Positions 23,901 to 35,833 of a DNA stretch of 64,000 bases are shown one piece after another (position 1 is the stretch's first letter; each line of letters starts with the position of its first letter). The notes beneath the pieces were generated by a model. That model had not been told where the DNA came from, ran no database searches, and worked only from the letters and a program-made list of their open reading frames with translations. This DNA comes from Asterias rubens. Lineage: Eukaryota. A program made the position numbers and the translations under genes. The DNA is taken from positions 18,662,001 through 18,726,000 of the forward strand of contig NC_047062.1 of assembly GCF_902459465.1 (NCBI RefSeq), written 5' to 3'.

Positions 23901-26900
23901 TGCAATTATTTAAAAATCATGTCATATTGTACCCATTTATATTCTTTGTATGTGTGTATTTTAGTTTGAGCTTGCTGGTCAACGCAACCAGTTGTATTTA
24001 AACATTAATAGTCATAGGCCTACTTATTGTTATTACTATTATTATTGTATTATTTATTCGGCCAAGATACAAGACAATAACGTTCACAAAAATACAGTAT
24101 TATACTACAAGTAAACAGAATCAGGAAAACTAGCAAATACAATATGTTTAAATCAACATTGTTGAAATAAAATAAATAACATTGACAAGAAATTATTATA
24201 CAAAACGCAGTTTGAAGCAAAGGGTGGGAAAGAGAGGGGGTGGTTGGGCAACCAAGCAAGACAACGGGGAGAAAAACAAAACAGAGACAACAACAATAGG
24301 GACAACAACAACAATAGGGACAACAACAATAGGGACAACAACAACAATGGTGACAACAACAGCAACAGTGCCAACAACAAGAGGGAGAACAACAGCAACA
24401 GGNNNNNNNNNNNNNNNNNNNNNNNNNNNNNNNNNNNNNNNNNNNNNNNNNNNNNNNNNNNNNNNNNNNNNNNNNNNNNNNNNNNNNNNNNNNNNNNNNN
24501 NNNNNNNNNNNNNNNNNNNNNNNNNNNNNNNNNNNNNNNNNNNNNNNNNNNNNGAACAACACAAAACAAAAACAAAAAACAACATCTCCAGACATATTAT
24601 TAAAAACAGTCAATATGACAAAACAACAGAATCAGAAAAAAACGGGAACCAATAAACAACATAACGAATTTAAGCTGGCCAGGATAGACAAAAGTATATC
24701 AAAACACTGTGACTCGAAGGCCTGTATATCTAAGCTTAAGTGTTGATATAAAGCTTATCAATTTAAACAAGGAATAAACATGATTAATTTACACATTTAA
24801 ACATGAATACACTAAATAGGGAAAAAATGAAAAATAGATGAATGAATGAATAAATAAATAAATTTATGAAAACATAAATATAAAATGACAGTTAAAAAGG
24901 GTAGGTTAATGATAAAAAATAAAGTAAAAAAATAATAATAATGATAATAATAAAACTTAATAGGGCGTGTTTATTTTCATATCTTATCTGTTGTTTTTAA
25001 ATCTATTTGTATGTAATTTTAAATACAGTGTAGTTTAAACACAATTTAGTGGGTGATATTTGAATGTTTTTGATGTTACTAATAATAATAATACTACCTG
25101 CTTTCCTCTCAGGGGTTTGTGTTAGTTTATGACATCACAAGTGAGGCATCGTTCCTTAATATTCAGAAATGGATGACGATGGTTGCAGAGGTATTTATAT
25201 TTCATTTCCCTTCTTGCCAATTTGTTAGAATTATCCAGTAATAAACTTTAAAGTCAGCTATTTTGACAATCTATACATCATATGAAAGGGTTTTACGTAC
25301 TTCACAAAAATGGGTATGTTGGTGACCATGTAGGGCAAAGCGATTGCTTGCTTTGATTGGTTGTTTTATTGTGACAAGTAAAGTGTACACACTTGTCAAA
25401 CAACCCCTTTCTTTCACACATCCGTTCCCGAACACCCAGAGTTTGTTTGACAAACTTTAAATTTCTAGTATACTTTACTGTGTGACATTTTTAACAGAAA
25501 AGATGACGTTCAAATGTTAACATTTTTAACAGAAAAGATGATGTTCAAATGTTAACATTGTGTCTTGTGAATTAATAGGGCCTAGAATTCTGTCCTGTTG
25601 AGTATCTGAATATTTGACCCATAGGACACATGAGACAAACCTTATCTTAGAGCTTTTTTAAATAACTCCTGTCTGATGAACATTGTGAACTACATGTAGT
25701 ATAAAAGCCCAGCGGTCTTGTAGACTTTACCCCAAATTTGAGTCCTGCCATCTTTATCCATGTAAGAGTTTGTTTTAAAAAAATGTTGTTGTTTTTTTTT
25801 TTTTTTATTATTTGTTGTATATGTGTGTTTTCAAGTAAATTATGCAAAAATTATGTAATTTTAATGAAATCCTCAAAAGCAAAATATAAGTTTTGTATAA
25901 TGTGTATTACCTTGGTACACAGCATGCAGGTCCTGATGTGGAGATGTTTTTAGTTGGCAATAAGAGTGATGCAGAAGCTCTCCGTACAGTGACAGAAGCC
26001 GAGGGAGTTAGAGTAAGTATCCCAGACAGATACCTCATGTTTGAGGCTCTCTTTTAAGTTGACATCTATTTCACTTTAGTAGGGTTGTTTTAGCAATGTG
26101 TATTGTTGTTTCTTTTTTGTATAGTACATTTGTGTTTTTTGCTTGTACTAGTATTTATTTTTTTCTTTGGGGTTTCCTCTTAATAACACTCTTATGCAAA
26201 GCGCCTAGGAGCAATATTAAAAAAGGATTTAGCTGTACGATGTTTGTTGTTATTGTTATTTTAAAGTTAAATGAATGAATTGCATGACCACAAACAGTGA
26301 TTAATATCGATGGGCAAATCAGGGATTTGGGTGTGTATCTATTATTGCAAGACAAGAAGAGGGGAGTTGGGGGAGGTGTGGACAGAAGTAGTTACTCAAG
26401 ACTTAGCTTGTCACAACTTTAATGAGGGTTTCAACCTTTTTGTTTATTTTTATATTGCTTCAAATCTAAAGTTTTAGTCTCCGGTTACAAAAAATACCTT
26501 GTAATATTACAGCATGCTAACTATTTGTCATTTTGTTTTTCAGTTTGCAAAGGCAAATGGAATGGATTTCATCGAGACGAGTGCACACAACAGTACTAAT
26601 GTCAACGAGGTAAACTTCAAACAACTTATCTCTTAATGCACTCTCAGAAACTCCTGCATCAACCCTATATACACCCCCCCCCCCCCCATACATAGGTTAC
26701 TGTGCCATTAACAATTTATGTATGGATACCGGCGCTTTCTAAATATTCATGTTATTATTTTTTTTCTGTGACGTCCACCTACAGGCCTTCATGATGCTGA
26801 CCAAGCAAGTGATGAAGAAGCGCAGGAAGTCAATAGAGAAACAGATGGAGAATATACGACTGTACACGAGGGAGGATAGTCGAGGGGACCTAGAGTGTCC

Positions 26901-26934
26901 CTCAGAAGGGAAGACCGCCACCAGCTGCTGCTGA
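20917..26934 (+). CDS. RAB15: Ras-related protein Rab-15 (Rab8/10/13/15 group), 7 exons, 209 aa
   Basis: Exons 20917-21040, 22377-22437, 23087-23147, 25113-25190, 25923-26012, 26544-26609, 26785-26934 total 630 nt. N-terminus [30 protein letters not shown]...HISTIGIDF is Rab15-like (human [39 protein letters not shown]). Motifs [14 protein letters not shown] and ETSA are present, with a C-terminal CC prenylation motif (KTATSCC*). Confidence 0.93.
21730..22018. mobile_element. Kolobok-like TTAA-flanked MITE, family B (Rab15 intron 1)
   Basis: Perfect 20-bp TIR AGCCATTGGACCCTTTCGGT (21730-21749 / 21999-22018) with TTAA on both sides. A truncated second copy with near-identical internal sequence lies at about 18935-19080. 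Confidence 0.85.
23425..23656. mobile_element. MITE (AATAGACC-type termini) in Rab15 intron 3
   Basis: AATGGACCCTTCCCATGAAATATG ... CATATTTCATGGGAAGGGCAAGGGTCTATT inverted pair. Confidence 0.65.
24284..24580. repeat. (CAA)n-rich microsatellite broken by a 151-N assembly gap (24403-24553)
   Basis: GACAACAACAATAGG repeats run into the N block and resume as GAACAAC/ACAAA. This explains the spurious low-complexity ORFs in the track. Confidence 0.95.
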
Positions 26935-28713
26935 TAGTCACTCCAATTCTTGCCTTGGTATTTATCCTCTTTGAGACTCGACCCTACAATCAGTTTGTGA
27001 CATCCTACAACTGCTTGCCAATGTTGGGCATTTTGGAGTCCATTGCCATTGGCCTCTGTAAGATCCTCCATGGTGCAGGTGTTATGCAGCAAGCCCTGGT
27101 TCAGTAGGTGGTCCATAGTCTTGGGCCCTTGTCCACACACTTAAGGTATCAGTGACAACAACTCTTTGATTTTTATATTGTTAAAGACTTGGTAATCTTG
27201 CATGTATTTGTATATTACGGAACCTCTTGAGGAAACAAAACTGGTCGCTGTAATGCGACCCAACATTTAAACGCATGCGAGACATGCACATTATATACAA
27301 GGTGGCCTTTAACTTGTGTTTGTTTGAGGTGGTAAATCTGTACGTAAACAGTTTACTGTGACTATTTTTGTTGCTCTACACTTTGCCATGTTTTTAAATA
27401 TTGTGTGTATTTAAGGTACAGGAGTATCTGCATAAGATAGATGAACTTTTATTTCCTGAAAAACTATTTCTAGTAACTGTCAAGTATTTCTAAACAATGC
27501 TATGCTATTGACCTATTTCACAATGCACAGCACACTTATTCCCACATCCTATCCACCATGTGGGGAGCCTAAATGTACACAAAGGAATTCACCCCCCCCC
27601 CCCCCCCACATGCAGCTATTTTGAATGTCTTTAACCTTTGTCATATTATCAGGAGCCTCTCGGAATAGTGTCGTTTATTTTTTGACTAATTTTGTAAAAA
27701 GATATTCAGGCTTGAGATTTGATGTAGTGTTGAAGATTTTACCAATCAGTTTATAATGCACAAATCAACATTCAAGTTTATACCATCTAAGCCATGCTTA
27801 ATGTAGATACAGTGCCGGATACTGTATCTAATTATGTGTGTTTGTAGTTTTAATTAAGCCCCATTAGAAAACAAATAATGGAAGCTTTATAACCGACGGT
27901 CCATGCATATATGGGAATATTTCAACTGGAACAAAATAATTCCAGATGTTCTATGAATCAAATTGATAGGATTTGGATTTGTCTTCAGGCCAGTGGCCTA
28001 ACCAACAGTCATTTTCTTTTGTGAGGTGGGAGGAAGGGATATTTCCTATTTCGAACCATTCATTTGTGTATTTGTGTGGGGATCTTGGGGGGGGGGGTCT
28101 TAGAATAGTGGGACTTGTATGGTCTTTTGAGAAGTCGCTGATGACTTTCCTTGCACCAAAGAATTTATTTTAATGACCTTTAGTTTTTTTTTATTAAATT
28201 CTATATCAACTTGAGTGGATATAAATGACTTGCCCAAAAATGAGTTGCCAGAATACTGTTTCCTTATGGCAGCGGTCAACAAGTCGTTAAAGAAAATCAT
28301 CTTAAGCCAAAAGTATCAAGGTAATTTAGTCCAGCCCAAGTCCTTTAGCCATGCCCAGATCAATGAAGTCACATTTAAGTCTAATCTTGTGATCAAATGA
28401 AATTGCAGTATAAATTCATGAAGCTTCATGAGTTATTCCAGTCTTAACTCTTATGATGATGAATTCTGGAATTTGTTGGTGGTGGTGGCTACTTGGTCTT
28501 TCAGTGTAAAGTAAACTGAAACTGGCAGGAAAAATGTTCCTTGAAAGTCAATAAGCTTTCTGAATGTTGCACTAAGTGTTCACTGGACTGTTCAGTAACG
28601 TCCTGTTTATGGATAAGAGTAACTATAAATATAAATATGAATAGTAAACTTGCGGGTACAGCCATGGGTAAAATCTCTTTTGAAGGAGTGGTGGCTCTGA
28701 AAAGAGCCGGTTT

Positions 28714-28757
28714 GGTCTTGACATTTCGAACAGTATACTCTGCTCGTCTTCAGGAGA
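28714..28757 (-). ncRNA. Minimal hammerhead-like motif in a Penelope-type short repeat
   Basis: Minus strand: TCTC-CTGAAGAC-GAGCAG-agtata-CTGTTC-GAAA-TGTC-AAGA. The flanking ~100 bp is homologous to the copy at about 56200-56330. Confidence 0.55.
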
Positions 28758-29368
28758 TGTTTATGGATGTACGGAGCAGCTACCTTGACCTCTGTTGACC
28801 TTCATGGGGGAGGGGTGGGGACAGATCAAACACTAAAATGTTAAGTTCACAGTAGTAAATCAAACCACATTCAAAGACAATGCTGTACACTGCAGTTCTG
28901 CCTCCCCTCAAAAATTCTTTTTTAACAAATAAATAGAATAAATAAAAATAGTAAGTAAATCAATATAAACAAATTAATATCTTATTTGAGGTGAAAGTTG
29001 CAATCTGAGGTATATACACAATCTAACATTTTGTTTAAGCTCCTGTCACAATCATAGCACAAATTATTCTTAGTGCAAATGTTTACTCGCCAAACTATAT
29101 TTTCTTTTGTATATACTTGCCAAATCATTTTGTGGACAGCTTATGGTTTAAAACCTTACTGAACCTACTGCGTACTGTAATTCAATAGCTATTTATTTCA
29201 AATAATGTACTAATAAATAATTTTTCTTGTGGGGCAGTTATGGTATTCTTTAAAGATGGTCTGTCACTAAAACAGGAGTCTTCTTATGTGCACAAGGTAT
29301 TGCATTTGAGCTGATATGTGCAAAAGCGCGCTGTAATATTATAACTACAATTAATATAATACAATTTA

Positions 29369-29899
29369 TTATTCATAAATACCTAAGACAGTTTTGCTTT
29401 TCTATTGGTGGAGAAGCGTCACGTGGGGGTGTTTAAACCTTTGATAATGACCAGTAAAAAGTGTTCAAACATGGGCGTGACACGCAAGCTTGCACCTGTG
29501 CTTATAAGACAGTTTCTTCATTCCCATTGGTCGAGATCAACGGTTGGAAAAATTGTGCCACATAACGCAATACGCGCGACGCGCACTGCAATATCCTTAT
29601 AAGGAGTTGTTTACCCGAGGGCCTTACGATTTCATAGCTGGAGGGGTGTTGTGTTGAAAGAAATCATTGAAAAATTATAATTTTTTGCATTTATTTTATT
29701 TTTTGACCAAAAAGTTTTGATGTTTTTTGACTGAAAAGGTATTTATGAATGGGAGTCAAAGTGTGTTGAATCGGTTTTCAACTAGTGGTTTAAACCCGCC
29801 GAGGCCTGCAGTGGTTCTTGGTAAAATTATCAGGAACCAGGCATCGGCGGGTTAACACCACTAGTTGAAACCTCTTCACCACACATTGATTCCCTTATT
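29369..29899. mobile_element. Same hairpin-bearing repeat, copy 2 (hairpin apex deleted)
   Basis: Colinear with 3380-3927 from ATTCATAAATACCTAAGACAG to ACACATTGATTCCCTTATT. Confidence 0.65.
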
Positions 29900-32800
29900 T
29901 TTTAGATAGGCCTAAGAATGAGTATTCAGAATGTTTCTTCAACTTCAGTCATCCAAGTACTATGTTCAGCATGCTTTGGCCATAATTTTTGTCCAAAATG
30001 ACCAACAGTTTTTAAAAAACCCAGAATAGAAGGGTGTATTACATCAAGATGTCACAATAAACCTCTAAGATGCGCTTTCACATTCAAAGGACTATAAAAT
30101 AACAAAAACATAGTTTAGTATTGTTTGAGATCTTTTGTAATCAAATCAAATTACTACTTATAAACGGCCATCCTTGTTGTATGACTGTGTCCAGGGCCAC
30201 ATTTTATAGAGCTGCTTTAAAAGAAGAAATTTTTGCTTGACAGAAATTGTGCCCAGAAAGTCATGGTATCTGGAGGCAGTTTGTCTCCTTGGCACTGTTC
30301 AATTCATTGCCCAAGTCATTTACTTTTTGAAAAGCAGCGAAAAACATGCATTAAAACAACATTCTTTGAAACACAATTTCACAATCCCTACAGAAATTAT
30401 GACAAAATGTAAATGGCTTTTTCAAGTTGATATTCCCAAATCATTGAAATCATTCTCAGATTAATACTTGACATTGATAATCAAACAATAAGTTACCTAT
30501 GATGGCAAAAGGTTTTTGTATACATGTATGTCGTGAAACTTAGGCCTATAGTCAAATGTTACATAAGTTAATTTCTTATCATGATTGCAAATCTTGGTTT
30601 GTGGTTCTGATCGAGTGTACAAAAAGCATTTTTACTGTATACAAACATTAAATGAGGCAATATCAATTATGTGGACAATTTATAATAATGATCAAATTTG
30701 TGTTGAAACATTGGTGACGGGTATATGGTAGCGCTATGTAGTCAGCAATTGTCTTTGATCTATATTTTCACATTCCAAATGCAACCAAAAATTAATAAGC
30801 TTCTGTGTAAGTTAATTTGGAGGCCTTTATTCTCTACATGTGGCCTTTTATGGAGGAATTTCTGTCAACTGATATTTTTTATGCACAACCTTTTCTAACC
30901 CTGTATAAATAAGAATATTTGTGCATGTGTAGGTCAAAACTGATTCATGGTGAATGGTTAAACAAATTTTTGAATGGGAAGTGTTATGACAGCAGGGTGC
31001 ATTTAACAAAAAGAGGCCAGTTAAAATACCAGAAGACCCGTCAAGTGGTCCAGTGTTGAAAAGCCTCTCCATCGCATTTTAAATTTGGACAATTGAAAAA
31101 ATCTGGCGGACTAGTGAAATGACAAAAAAACTGGACCTGCTGGCTGGTCACTAAAAAGGTTAAGGGCAAATCCCGAGTATGAAGTCTTGTCCAAAGTGCT
31201 CATCTTTCAAGGCGGTGCATTGAGTACCATCTTTCAGACACGATACCTCACTTGAATGATTACGTATGTATCCCTATTCCTGCTACCTGCTACGCATGCA
31301 CTCATCATTTTATTATTGGAATTAACGTTTTCAAAGATGTACAACCTTTACAGATCCCTAGCCTATAGAAATAGTGTGCCAGACCTGGAACAGTTCAGGA
31401 TTGCTTTAGAGGTAGGGTCACACTTTGTTAATGACCATGAACAGAAATTGTGCAATTTTGTCCAAAAGCCTTGTGCTAGAGTTTTTTGACCAAAGTGCCC
31501 AAGTTACTTGGAAATTGAAAAAAAGTATGTCAAAAAATGTGAAACCTCTGCAGGTGACCTTTTGAAATTGTTGTGGTGTCCGTTCGAATGCTGTTCTCAG
31601 TAAAGCGCACTGCCTTGTAACACCCCTTTAACAGAATGGTTAAGTCCAACTCGGCTGTGGCTTGGCATTTCGCATTAAAAAAATTATTCTTTGAAACAAA
31701 ATTAAACAATCCCTACAGAAACTATGACAAGATGTAAATGGCTTTTCCAAGTATGATATTCCCAAATTTTTGAAAATGTTGTGGTGTCCGTTTGATTGCT
31801 GTTCTCAGTAAAGCGCAGATGGGTTGCACTTCCTTAAGGTTTTTGGGGGGTTGTTTTCACAACAAGTAGACTCTGTATTCAGCTGAAATCCCAGTTGACT
31901 TGATATTGTATCATTATTGGCAATTTGGCTATAAATCAGCTATTTCTCAGCAAAAGGACTTTTGCTCATTGTCATTACATGCTTCTCAAGATGATGATGA
32001 GATTGAGCAAGTTATCATTCAGTACTACATTCACAGTGTGTATACATGTATTTTTATAAGACTATTTATTAGCATATGAACTAAATATACTGTACTTCTA
32101 TTACACCTTTACTATGTCAATTCTGTAGTGTGTAACTAACATGATATTTTATATGATAAGGGTTTATCCATGTATGCCCACTTTTCACATCCTAAAAAAC
32201 GTGAAATTGTCTAATCAAACACAAAAATTTTAAAGTAACGCAATTATCAGAAAAATATAAATGCTCTTAGTAGAAAAAAAATTACCAAAATGACATATAA
32301 GTTGTTCAAATCTGGTCAAATTTTATCATATTGATCATCCACAAGAGAAGTGTATGGTCGTGGCAGCTCTAAGAAAATTAATTTCTAAACTACAGACAGC
32401 TTAGAAGGTCAAGTATTAAGTCAAGAGAAATCATGGATAGACCCTTAATCAGCGCTTTGGTGGTGGGTGATGTTGCAATCTTTCGTTTAACGGTGTGCCT
32501 TCTAAGAATTTACAACAGCCAAAAAAACATCTCAATAAACTTTGTCTTCCATTTTATAATGCTCTTGAAGCCTTGTTGATTGTTTACAATGGTCTCTTAT
32601 CTGCTGTGCAGTCTCTTTGATACTGCCATTTATACTGTGCCCCCCCTCCCCCTTCACTCATTTGTCCCTCTTTCTTTTAACCTGACCCTTCCCAAGAAAC
32701 ATCTTTCCCTAAAGTATTAAATCAATCCCATTAAAGAAACACCAACAAAGTCAATTACACAAACTACTTGACACAAAGGATCTTTGATTTTTGTATATTT

Positions 32801-33035
32801 ATTCACAAGTCAGTACACACTCTACAACACATCTTTGAACACAGTGTAGTATCACAATTGTTTTTATGCTAGGTCCACCTTCGATCCGCAGATCACCGAG
32901 TATTTGGATGAATTGAGTTAGTCGGCAAATTGTATCGGTACTTAATGGAGATAGACTATCAGTTGTTTTAGTTCAAGCTGAAATTGATTAATTGACTACA
33001 TGATGATATGATCAAATGATGACTCCGCGATTCAG

Positions 33036-34883
33036 TTAGGAGTTGGAGTTGGGTCCCCTGCGCTTTCCGAAGGTGGGCACGACATTGACAAAGCGGCGAT
33101 TGTACAACATGCGTCGCTTGGCACGGCCAGTCTTCTTCTTTTTCTTCTCCTCGGCGTCAACCTGTAGTAATAATAAACCAAAATCAATAATCAGTTTAAT
33201 ATCCACTATCCAAACAATTGATAAACATGCCCCTTTCATTTGTCTTTGCACTGCTTTCATAAAAGTTCCTTGACCACTTAAAGCCACATAATGGTTCCAA
33301 GATGGACAAACTGTTACATGAATGGCTTTGAATGGTCCTGTTCGCTACCAACAATTACTGAATACAAAATATTACTGTTTAGAGCTTTTCCATTAGCAAA
33401 TTTCAGCCAGCTGTTGGTAGCCAGCTGTTTGCATCAGCATGGAACTCCTAACTACCAGTGAGCCTTGCTCTATGCACCGAGTAAAGCTTTAACATTTGTA
33501 TTCACTTTCTTGTCATTCTGAGATGGTTAAATTTGTTTTAATTTAGAATGTTATTGAATGGAACATTCACTTTATGCGATTGAAAGTCTTCGGCCCTAGA
33601 TACAAAAGCAAGCATTTTTTTCACAGATTCCCAAACTTAAATGCAATACTGACCTTTGGTGTTTGACCCTTCACCTTTCCAGCACGAGCCAGAGAGCCGT
33701 GAACCTTACCTAACAGAATAAAGAAACAAAACAAAATGTTAGCTATACAAGACTTACGATGAACAAGTAACACGTATTAGCATCAGTGATTGAACACCAT
33801 AATAAGACCAATTAAGATGCAAAGTGTTGACATTTGAATGTACATTGTAAATGCCCAGCAGAGAATGGAAAATGATGTTAACATATGGATAAATTGTGTC
33901 ACATGCACTGCATAACTACTCGTTTTATTTAGTACATCCTTCAAGGTATGTTTGCCATAAACCAACTAGAGTAGTCCAAAGCCTGCAGACTGATAGTTGC
34001 AACTAGAAGCCACATTTCAGTCCAAAAAACAGATTGCATATCGAGTTGTGCTGCATTTTTGGATTAGATCATTTGGGTTGAAAGCATCGTCCAGCATCCG
34101 TCCATGTGAACAAAGAAAACTTGTCCATCCATACTACAACTCTCTCAATAAACCTTAACACCATCATTCTAGAAATTTACAGATCACTTGAGCTCATCAA
34201 CAAAGGAAGGTAGCCACTAGAGGGAAAACAAATTGGATGTACCTCCGAGCATGCGGACAGACAAGTCCAGAGTAGCAAGGTTTGAGACACCATAGTGTGA
34301 GAGGGGCAAGTCATCAGACAGCACTTCAGCACCGGTCATCAAGAGCTGGTCCTCAACGCAGATAGCCGTCAAGGTTTCCAACTGAAACTGTATCACAAAA
34401 TGAACACAAAAAACATCAACAATTGGTATTTGTTAAAGGCAAATCAAAGGGCAGGGCTTGCAAGCCGTCCAGTCATGAATTCACTAGCCGCACACTAATG
34501 TAAAACTACTAGCCTCGGGCCAGTGGTTCAGTGGAAAATGTAAGCCCTGCCGAACAACTTTTAGATTTTGTCCAGACATCGGGCTGCCTGTCTCTTGTGT
34601 GTTGCACCAACCATTCACCACTTCTTCACTCAAGAACAAAAATAGGTGAAAATGAACTGGGAAACGAATGAAGCATCTCACCCATTATTCCCTGTGAGAA
34701 CAAACCATCAGCGAAAATATGAGACTGTGCAATCTATAACTTCTTAAGAACTTCAATGATTTAAGTTTCTTGCACTTGATTATAGTTTTACATTCAATTA
34801 ATACCTACCTTTACATCACGGACTAATTCATCACCCAGCACCTCAAGGGTGTGGTTCTGTTGGCCGCGTACAAACAGCTGCAT
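33036..34883 (-). CDS. FAU: Ubiquitin-like FUBI - 40S ribosomal protein S30 fusion, 4 coding exons, 133 aa
   Basis: Exons 34883-34809, 34387-34243, 33709-33654, 33161-33036 (75+145+56+126 = 402 nt): [15 protein letters not shown]...[74 protein letters not shown] on the minus strand at 32798-32803. Confidence 0.98.
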
Positions 34884-35697
34884 CTTGATCCTTCAAATAG
34901 AACAGTAACATACAAAACATTTGTTAAATACGTCTGCAAACTAACATCCATAAACTGTACGACTATGTTTATGAAGTACTTCTACTTACTTAGCCACATA
35001 ATATAAATAAAAAACCTGTTGTTAAAGTTGTAGTTGACATGGTTGTGTGTAGTTAGTAAGTAAATGTCACAATCACAGAAACAACTGGGGTTTACTTTTG
35101 CTACTTATATTATTATAATAATTATTATATTAAAATATTTCATACCATGTTTTACTACCTACATACTATTACTAAAAATAAGAAAGTTTTTCGAATTGAT
35201 TTGACTTCTTCTTTATAATTTACCATTTTCTATTGGATTTGGGTTTTTTGGGTCCTAGTTTAGTTATTTTTATTCAGCCTTTTTTCCCCTTATAGTTAAA
35301 AAAAATAAATATAACGTTAGGTCACAAATTCGCCATATTCTTAAGTACAAAGAATCCTTAGCTATAATTTTTAGACCAAACAAGCTTCCTTGGATGTGTT
35401 TACACTATGCACGTATGGCGGAGCTATGCAGTGCTGGCTGTATGTATGTGTGCGCCGCCGTGCCGCCTGTGTGTGTAAGTCAGCCACTGGTCAGTGCGTT
35501 CGGATCGTCATGTCCCCCGGTCGGTGTGTGTCGTTTTTATAACACAATTTTATACATTTCCAACACAATCATGACAAATAAAAAATTACAGTTATATCAC
35601 AGGATCAATTCGAATGATAAGCTACCCTAATACTCGAAAAGAAAATGTGATAAATTACTACGAATTACATTGAATTTTAAGAGCAAAATTTCCTCAC

Positions 35698-35833
35698 GTT
35701 GTGCAAGATCACGTTGCAAATAAAGAGAGGGCGCTAACAATTTTCGCTGCAAAAAAACAGAGTACCAGCGTTAATCTTTTTCCTGAAATAGCGACAGCGC
35801 CACCAAGTGACAAAAAAAACCTAGAAATTAAAG
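35698..35833. promoter_or_regulatory. Compact bidirectional promoter for FAU and MRPL49, with a non-coding FAU exon 1 starting in a pyrimidine (5'TOP-like) tract
   Basis: Minus strand reads CCCTCTCTTTATTTGCAACGTGATCTTGCACAAC|GTGAGG (about 35731-35698), a short pyrimidine-initiated exon that can splice to the acceptor at 34890. The MRPL49 ATG (35834, context AAGATGGCG) is only about 100 bp away on the other strand. Confidence 0.7.

Noticed and set aside
24050-24655. Long ORFs rich in Cys, Leu, Thr, Val or Asn on both strands
   Set aside because: They are translations of a CAA microsatellite and an N gap inside Rab15 intron 3.
26739-27140. Extra ORFs overlapping the RAB15 3' end
   Set aside because: Antisense or alternative-frame shadows of the last exon and 3' UTR, with no recognisable motif or splice support.
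28100-28560. Possible exon fragments (DINDLPKNELPEYCFLMAAVNKSLKKIILSQKYQ with a donor-like GTAATT)
   Set aside because: Isolated, with a weak acceptor and no phase-compatible neighbours or recognisable family; too little support.
33162-34242. Intronic snoRNA candidates in FAU introns 3 and 4 (hairpins near 33380-33475 and 34015-34070)
   Set aside because: Ribosomal-protein introns often host snoRNAs, but I could not find a correctly spaced H box + ACA or C + D box pair. An Infernal/snoReport scan would settle it.
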